DNA of 64,000 bases from an uncultured delta proteobacterium (GTDB lineage Bacteria; Myxococcota_A; Polyangia; Fen-1088), in NCBI GenBank assembly GCA_963767925.1, contig CAVYGB010000008.1:1152001-1216000 (forward strand), read 5' to 3'. Below the pieces are notes generated by a model. It did not search any database, was not told the DNA's origin, and was given only the letters and a program-made list of their open reading frames with translations. Numbering within the stretch: position 1 is the stretch's first letter; every line of letters begins with the position of its first letter. Positions 58,166 to 64,000 of the stretch are shown in pieces. The position numbers and the translations under genes are program-made.

Positions 58166-60642
58166 CCGGTCGGCGCCGCCAGGCCCGCTGGGCCGCGGCC
58201 GGGGCGGCCTGCGCGGTCGTGGTCGGCGTCGCCGCCGGTCCCGCTCCCGCCCGGGCCGAGCCGGGCGCCGAAGTGGCTGGCCGGGTGACCGATGGGACCG
58301 GGCGGCCGATCGCCGGCGCGGACGTGGTGATCACGGACCCCGGCGGACGCCAGCGCCGATCGGACGTCACCGGCTCCGACGGGCGGTTTCATCTGCGGAT
58401 CCCCGGCGCGGGCGCGCGGCGGATCGCTGTCTACACCGAGCGCGGCGCCCGGGTCGTCGTCTCGGCGCTCGAGGTGGCCCCCGGCGCGCGCCTGTGGCTC
58501 GAGGCGGCGGACGCGGGGGGCCACCTGCAGGTCCGATCGTTCCTGGCGCCGGGACAGGTGCCCTGGCCCGGACCTGTCCCCGGCCGAGGGGACGATCTGG
58601 CGGGCCTGCTGGCCGGCATGCCGGGGACCGCGCCGGCCTCGGCGCCTGTCGATGGGCCGACCCTGCTGGGGACGGACCCGGCCGAGGCCCAGGTGCGGCT
58701 CGACGGCTTCCTGCTCAACGACCCGGTGGACGGACGGGCCCCCTGGGACCTCCCGGCGGCCTTCTTCGCGGCGGCGGTGCCGGCTTTCGGGCTCGGCCCC
58801 GCCCGCCTGCGCCAGACCGGAATGGCGGCGGTGGCGCTGGCCGCGCCCCGCCCGGAGCGGCCGCTGCAGGCGGCGCTGGCAGTCTCGGGCGGCCTGGCCG
58901 CACCGGCGGGGGAGGCGCAGGGGCCCGAGCGGCCTGCCGGACGGTCGGGGGCTGCTTTCACCCACGCTTCGCTGGGCCTGGTCCGGCGCGACGGAGAGAT
59001 CCGGGGACACCTCGCCCTCGCGCCCGCCTGGGGCCCATTCGAGGCGGATCCCGAGAGCCCCTCGGCGATGCGAGGCCGCCGCCCGCGGCGCTTCCCCGTG
59101 CTGGGGGGCGCGGAGGTGGACCTGGCGCGCTGGAACCTGAGCGCGGTCGGCCTGGGCAACCTGAGTCACCTGACCCACGGGCGCGCGTCGCGCATCGTGC
59201 CCCCCCGGGACCCCGCCGCCTCGTCGAGCAGCCTCTGGCTGGTCGGGGCGACCGCCCGGCGGGCGGCGGCCGCCGGCCCTGGCGAGCTGGCCCTGTCGGC
59301 GAGCCTGCTGCGGACCGGCCGCGCGATCGACTTCCAGGGCGACCTGCCGTCGCGGACCACCGCCTACCGCTCCACCCTGGCGGCGCAGGTGTCCACCGAC
59401 GGGACGCTGCTCGGCCGTCACCTGCTCGAGGCGGGGGCCGGGCTCGACGCATCCTGGGCCCGGCGCCCGACCCGGGAGCCGTCGCGGCAAGCCGGGCTCC
59501 TGCTGGCCGGCTCCCGGGGCTCGTCGTACCTGCCCTGGCTGGCCCTCGACGAGCGTTACCGCCCGCGGCCCGAGGTGGAGCTCGAGCTGGGGGTGAGGTT
59601 CGAGAAGGCCGCGTTCAGCGGCCGGGCCGAGCCGGAGGCGCAGCCAGCGATCGAGCGCAGCTTCTCCACGGGCCTGCTCATCGCACCCCGGGCGCAGGCC
59701 TGCTACCAGCCCGGGCCGGGGCGGATCTGCCTTGCTGCGGGCCGTTTCGGTGGTGGGCTGCCCCTGGCCCCCCTGCTCGATGCCACCGCCGCGCCTCCCG
59801 TCACGGCGGACGCCCCCGCCGAAGATGCCGTGCTCGCGCAGGCCGAGCTGCGCCTGGGCCCGCTCGGTCTGGCGGCCCACGCCCTCGACCGGCGGACCGC
59901 CCACACCGTGGAGGACCGGTTCTCTCCGGTGACCGGCACCCTCGAGCTTCACGAGCCCCGAGGCCTGCGGCGGCGGATGCTGGCCGCGGGGCTCTCGGCC
60001 TGGCTGAGCCTGGCGCGCACGCGCATCGCCGCCGGGGTGCTGGCCAGCCGGCTGCGGGGCAACCACGTCGGCTTTCTCGACGCGGGGACCGGGCAGGTCC
60101 GGCCCGCCGGCACCGCGGAGTGGGACACCCCCGCCGCCGCGGTCAACCGGGACGGAGCCCTGCCGTTCGATCGGCCCTGGAGCGGACGGCTGCTCCTCGA
60201 GCACCGCCAACCCCTGGGCGCCATGACGCTCGACCTGCTGGCGCTCGGCCGCTGGGACGCGGGCACCCCGCTGTCGGCACGCGCGCGCAGCCCGGAGAGC
60301 GGACCTTCCCAGGTGTTCCTCGTGCAGCGAGGCAGCCTGGGGCGGACCTCCGCGACGGCCAGCCTCGATCTCAGGGTCGGGCTCTCGCGCCGGATCGGGG
60401 ACATCCGGCTGGCGCTGCTCGTCGAGGGGTTCAACCTCACCGGGTTCCGACCGGTGGTGGCGCGGGAACAGACCTACACCGACGCCGCGGTGGCGCCCCG
60501 GCAGGGCGCCTCCGGTCGCGCGGCGCTGGAGGGGCTCACCGATGGCGAGGGAAACCCGCTGCCGCCCCGGGCGGGGTTCGGCAACCCCGTCGCCTGGGCG
60601 GAGCCGTTGCTGGTGCGCCTGGGGCTGGCCGTCGAGCTATGA
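58162..60642 (+). CDS. Oar/TonB-dependent-receptor-like outer-membrane protein with N-terminal carboxypeptidase-regulatory-like domain (divergent)
   Basis: Signal peptide, G.VTD..G.PI.GA.V, DG....DP..G, G.LPFDR, RGSLGRT, FNL..F and a C-terminal beta-signal VRLGLAVEL. Confidence 0.7.
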   Translation: MTGRRRQARWAAAGAACAVVVGVAAGPAPARAEPGAEVAGRVTDGTGRPIAGADVVITDPGGRQRRSDVTGSDGRFHLRIPGAGARRIAVYTERGARVVVSALEVAPGARLWLEAADAGGHLQVRSFLAPGQVPWPGPVPGRGDDLAGLLAGMPGTAPASAPVDGPTLLGTDPAEAQVRLDGFLLNDPVDGRAPWDLPAAFFAAAVPAFGLGPARLRQTGMAAVALAAPRPERPLQAALAVSGGLAAPAGEAQGPERPAGRSGAAFTHASLGLVRRDGEIRGHLALAPAWGPFEADPESPSAMRGRRPRRFPVLGGAEVDLARWNLSAVGLGNLSHLTHGRASRIVPPRDPAASSSSLWLVGATARRAAAAGPGELALSASLLRTGRAIDFQGDLPSRTTAYRSTLAAQVSTDGTLLGRHLLEAGAGLDASWARRPTREPSRQAGLLLAGSRGSSYLPWLALDERYRPRPEVELELGVRFEKAAFSGRAEPEAQPAIERSFSTGLLIAPRAQACYQPGPGRICLAAGRFGGGLPLAPLLDATAAPPVTADAPAEDAVLAQAELRLGPLGLAAHALDRRTAHTVEDRFSPVTGTLELHEPRGLRRRMLAAGLSAWLSLARTRIAAGVLASRLRGNHVGFLDAGTGQVRPAGTAEWDTPAAAVNRDGALPFDRPWSGRLLLEHRQPLGAMTLDLLALGRWDAGTPLSARARSPESGPSQVFLVQRGSLGRTSATASLDLRVGLSRRIGDIRLALLVEGFNLTGFRPVVAREQTYTDAAVAPRQGASGRAALEGLTDGEGNPLPPRAGFGNPVAWAEPLLVRLGLAVEL

Positions 60643-60657
60643 GGGGGCGGGATCGTC

Positions 60658-61119
60658 TCAGGAGACGGCCAGCAAGGCGTACAGGCACAGGCAGAGCTCG
60701 AGGGTCAGGAGCAGGCCGCGCGCGCCGGACAGGCGAGAGAACGCCGAACGTTCGTCGGCCGAAGGCGGCGCGCTGCCGTCGCGCATCCGGCTGAGCAAGG
60801 CCCGCAACCCGGGGGAGACGGCCAGGGCCGACAGCAGGCGGGACACGGCCATGGCGGCCACGGGCACGACCAGGCTCGCGGGAGGGGCGGCTCGATCGAT
60901 GGCCATGCGCGCGCCGAGCCCCAGCAGGACCAGCGCCATCGCGAGAAAGAGCGCCCGCTCGAGGCGCGTGCAGAGCGCCGCCGACAGCTCCCGGGCCTGG
61001 CCGGCAGCGAGCTGCTTCTCCACCAGGGGGAGCACGAGCAGCAGGGCCGCGGCCAGCCCCAGCCAGAGCGCCAGCCCCAGCAACATGGCAAAGCGCGAAG
61101 CGACGACGAACGCGTGCAC
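60658..61119 (-). CDS. Four-TM membrane protein (DUF4149/TMEM205-like)
   Basis: Four hydrophobic helices, LWLG near the N-terminus and F..L before the last helix. Confidence 0.65.
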   Translation of the reverse strand: MHAFVVASRFAMLLGLALWLGLAAALLLVLPLVEKQLAAGQARELSAALCTRLERALFLAMALVLLGLGARMAIDRAAPPASLVVPVAAMAVSRLLSALAVSPGLRALLSRMRDGSAPPSADERSAFSRLSGARGLLLTLELCLCLYALLAVS

Positions 61120-61163
61120 CGGGGCGGGCTCGAGCGGGAAGAGGAGCGGGTTGCGGCTGCGCT

Positions 61164-61643
61164 TCAGACGCGCAGGTGCAGGGGGACGTTCTTGTCGAGC
61201 GACTCGGTGCAGGCGCCGTTGACCAGCTTCCAGATGTTGCGGAGCTGGGCCTCGATGACGGTCCCCTCGTCCTCTTCCTCGTCGTCCTCGTCTTCTTCCT
61301 CCTCGTCGTCCTCGTATTCGTCCTCCTCGACGGCCAGCTCTTCTTTCATCTCCTCGAGCACGTCGATGAGGGAATGGGCCGAGGCGACCCGCAGGTCTCC
61401 GACGGAGAGCCTCCCCTCGAACTCGGCCGGCAGGTAGATGTCGGCGGCCAGATCGTGGGCCTCGAGTCGGTCGAGGAACTCGGTCATGGCGTCTTCGCTC
61501 AGGCGCGTGGCGATCGTCTGGGTGGTCTGGTTCTCTTCCTGGGCAGCATATTTGGCACCGGCCTGGTCCAGCAGCCGATGCAGGGTCTTGATCTCTTCTT
61601 CTTCCAGCCTGTCGGACACCGGACCTAGTTCAATCTCAGACAT
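61164..61643 (-). CDS. Highly acidic hypothetical protein
   Basis: 159 aa with coding-type codon bias and a 21-residue Asp/Glu tract. Confidence 0.8.
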   Translation of the reverse strand: MSEIELGPVSDRLEEEEIKTLHRLLDQAGAKYAAQEENQTTQTIATRLSEDAMTEFLDRLEAHDLAADIYLPAEFEGRLSVGDLRVASAHSLIDVLEEMKEELAVEEDEYEDDEEEEDEDDEEEDEGTVIEAQLRNIWKLVNGACTESLDKNVPLHLRV

Positions 61644-61821
61644 GCCCCTACGGTGCCCGACTCACGGAGCCGCGTCAAACCCCGTCCCATCGGTTCGGCC
61701 GTCGCTGCTTTTGTAGGTTTGAAGCCGAAAAAGGGTTCGCCGCGACCACCCCGCTCGCCCGATGCATGGCGATGCCTCTGGTAAATTCTACGGGCCTACC
61801 GCGTCGTCGGAGGCAACGACC

Positions 61822-64000
61822 ATGACCTCTCCGCCGCAAACAGGAACCATCGCCGGCCCGCTCGCCGAGGCGCGGGCGCGGGCTGCCGCGGCGCTTGTCG
61901 AGGGCGAGGGCGGCATCGCCCTCGCGCACCGCTTGACCACCGACGTCGACGGCCTCGTCACCCAGCTCGCGGCGCGCGAGCTGGAGGACGAGCCCCCCGC
62001 GCGGGCGGCCCGGGTGGCGGTGCTGGCCACCGGCGGCTTCGGCCGGCGGGAGTTCGCCCCCTTCTCCGACCTCGACCTGATCTTCCTGTTCGCCGACGAG
62101 CCGGACGAGGCCGGGCAGGCCCTGGCCCGCCGGATCTTGCACCCGCTCTGGGATGCCCGCCTCGACGCGGGGCACGCCGTGCGATCCATCCGGGAGGCGC
62201 TCGAGCTCCCCGAGAGTGACCTGACGGCGGCCACCGCGCTGCTCGACGCCCGTTACCTGGCCGGAAACTCCGGCATGGCGGCCGAGTTCTTGCAGCGCTA
62301 CCGGGACCGGGTGGCCGGCTCGTCTCCGGGCAGCTTCGTGGCCCGGCTGCTAGCCGAGCAGGAGAAGCGGCACTCCCGCTTCGGGGACACCATCTACCTG
62401 CTCGAGCCGGACCTCAAGAGCGGCCCGGGCGGCATCCGCGACATGTGCGCGGGGCGCTGGGCCGCGTTCGCCCGCTTCGGCACCGGGGACCCCTTCGCCC
62501 TGCGCGAGCTCGGGCAGATGTCGGCCCGACAGGCCGCCGCCTTCGAAGCGGCCCGGGACTTCCTCCTCAAGGTGCGGGTGGCGCTCCACCTCGAGACCGG
62601 TCGGCGTCAGGACCAGCTTCGTTTCGATCTTCAGGAGCGCCTGGCGCCGGCGCTGTACCCCCACGTGGCTCGCGTCGCCGGCGACGATCGTTCCTCGGTG
62701 GCGCCCGCGGTGGAGGCGCTGATGCACGACTTTCAGCGCCACGCCAAGGTGCTGAGCCGGGAGACCACCCGGCTCATGCTGCACGCCAGCGCCGATCCGG
62801 CCCACCGGCCCCGGGAGACCCGGCTCACCCTCCGCGGTGGCGCGGAGGACGATCCCAGCTTCCTGGTCCGCGACGGGATGCTGGAGGTCGTCGACGCCAG
62901 CGTGTTCGAGCGAAAGCCCTCGGAGATGTTCCGGGCCTTCGAGGTGGCGGTCGAGCGGGACCTGCCGCTCGGCCTGCAGACCGCCGACCTCATCGGCGAG
63001 CACGCCGCCCAGGGCGGCGAAGCGCTGCGGGGCGATCCCGGCTCGGCGGCCCAGTTCTTCGCCGTCCTCACCGACCCCCGCGACCGGGCCACCCCCTCCC
63101 GGCTCGAGCAGATGAACGACCTCGGGCTCCTCACCGCGCTCATGCCGGAGTGGGAGCCGATCATGGGACGGGTCCAGCACGACCTCTATCACGTCTACAC
63201 CGTCGACCAGCACTCCCTCTACGCAGTGGCGATGCTCAAGGCGCTGCGCCGGGGCGAACACGCCCGGACCGCTCCCTGGCCGAGCGAGGAGGCGGCCCTG
63301 GTCAACCGGCCGCTGCCCCTCTACCTGGCGATGCTCCTGCACGACGTGGGCAAGGGGATGGGCAAGAACCACTCGACCAAGGGCGCGGCGGTGGCGGTGG
63401 CGATCGCCAACCGGCTGGGCCTGCCGGCGGCCGACGCCCGGCGGGTGGAGTTCCTCGTGCGCGAGCACTTGACGATGGGGCACATCTCGCAGCGGCGTGA
63501 CCTGGAGGATCCCGGGTTGATCGCCCACTTCACCCAGCTCTGCGGGGACTCCCAGACCCTGCGCGAGCTCTTCCTCATCACCTACGCCGATCTGATCTGC
63601 GTGGGGCCGGGGAACCTCACGAGCTGGAAGGACGAGCTGCTGCGCGACCTGTTCCAGCGGGCGCGTGTCTACCTCGAGCGGGGGCCGGATCTGCTGACCG
63701 CCGACCGGGCCAAGATCGCCCACCGCCACAAGCGGCAGGTGGTCAAGAAGCTGGAGCTGTCGGCCGACGATCCTCGGGTGGCGGCGGTGCTGGGCGGCCT
63801 GCCCGATCGCTACTTCGCCGAGTCCTCCCTGCACGAGATCGCTCTGCACTTCGAGCTGCTGCTGGGCCGGCAAGGGCCCTGCGCCCTGAAGGTCATTCCC
63901 CAGCGGGGCAAGAGCCACGTCGAGCTGGTGGTGGTGGCCGACGACGTCCCCGGCTTGCTGGCCAAGATCACGGGCGTGCTCTTTGCCAACAAGCTCGACA
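61822..64000 (+). CDS. glnD: [Protein-PII] uridylyltransferase (runs off the right edge)
   Basis: Manual translation from ATG 61822 (GGAGG site): GGFGRREFAPFSDLDL, EPDLKSGPGGIRD, HVYTVDQHSL, LLHDVGKG and start of an ACT domain DVPGLL. Confidence 0.95.
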   Translation, partial: MTSPPQTGTIAGPLAEARARAAAALVEGEGGIALAHRLTTDVDGLVTQLAARELEDEPPARAARVAVLATGGFGRREFAPFSDLDLIFLFADEPDEAGQALARRILHPLWDARLDAGHAVRSIREALELPESDLTAATALLDARYLAGNSGMAAEFLQRYRDRVAGSSPGSFVARLLAEQEKRHSRFGDTIYLLEPDLKSGPGGIRDMCAGRWAAFARFGTGDPFALRELGQMSARQAAAFEAARDFLLKVRVALHLETGRRQDQLRFDLQERLAPALYPHVARVAGDDRSSVAPAVEALMHDFQRHAKVLSRETTRLMLHASADPAHRPRETRLTLRGGAEDDPSFLVRDGMLEVVDASVFERKPSEMFRAFEVAVERDLPLGLQTADLIGEHAAQGGEALRGDPGSAAQFFAVLTDPRDRATPSRLEQMNDLGLLTALMPEWEPIMGRVQHDLYHVYTVDQHSLYAVAMLKALRRGEHARTAPWPSEEAALVNRPLPLYLAMLLHDVGKGMGKNHSTKGAAVAVAIANRLGLPAADARRVEFLVREHLTMGHISQRRDLEDPGLIAHFTQLCGDSQTLRELFLITYADLICVGPGNLTSWKDELLRDLFQRARVYLERGPDLLTADRAKIAHRHKRQVVKKLELSADDPRVAAVLGGLPDRYFAESSLHEIALHFELLLGRQGPCALKVIPQRGKSHVELVVVADDVPGLLAKITGVLFANKLD

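Overview
A very GC-rich (above 70% by eye) bacterial chromosomal window that is mostly core genome. Gene content (a TIGR04552-like protein, a eukaryote-like tandem Ser/Thr kinase, a multi-domain DsbA protein, an Oar-like outer-membrane protein, a sigma-54 two-component system) points to Myxococcota; this is inference. It holds about 55 CDS, including mutS, rpsT, holA, mutY, proS-pyrF-rlmB, pcm, pssA, a rubrerythrin/Fe-S oxidoreductase/DUF3501 cluster, rplM-rpsI, eda-kdgK, lhr, yhhQ, queC, pcnB, partial glnD and a partial TolC-family gene, plus one tRNA-Phe(GAA). I found no CRISPR array, IS element, integrase or prophage. A dense cluster of frameshifts at about 43.1-49.2 kb (plus one at about 29.9 kb) looks like long-read assembly error. 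Best leads: (1) a stand-alone protein with all five RelA/SpoT synthetase-like motifs, (2) a small basic protein with a duplicated beta-rich repeat and H1-like tail, (3) a candidate rod-shaped ncRNA in the neighbouring 640-bp convergent gap, (4) a four-domain DsbA protein coupled to a TlpA, (5) a pseudokinase-kinase-TM-TPR receptor, and (6) pervasive -10-box-then-start-codon (leaderless-like) gene starts. All family assignments come from motif recognition by eye; no searches were run.
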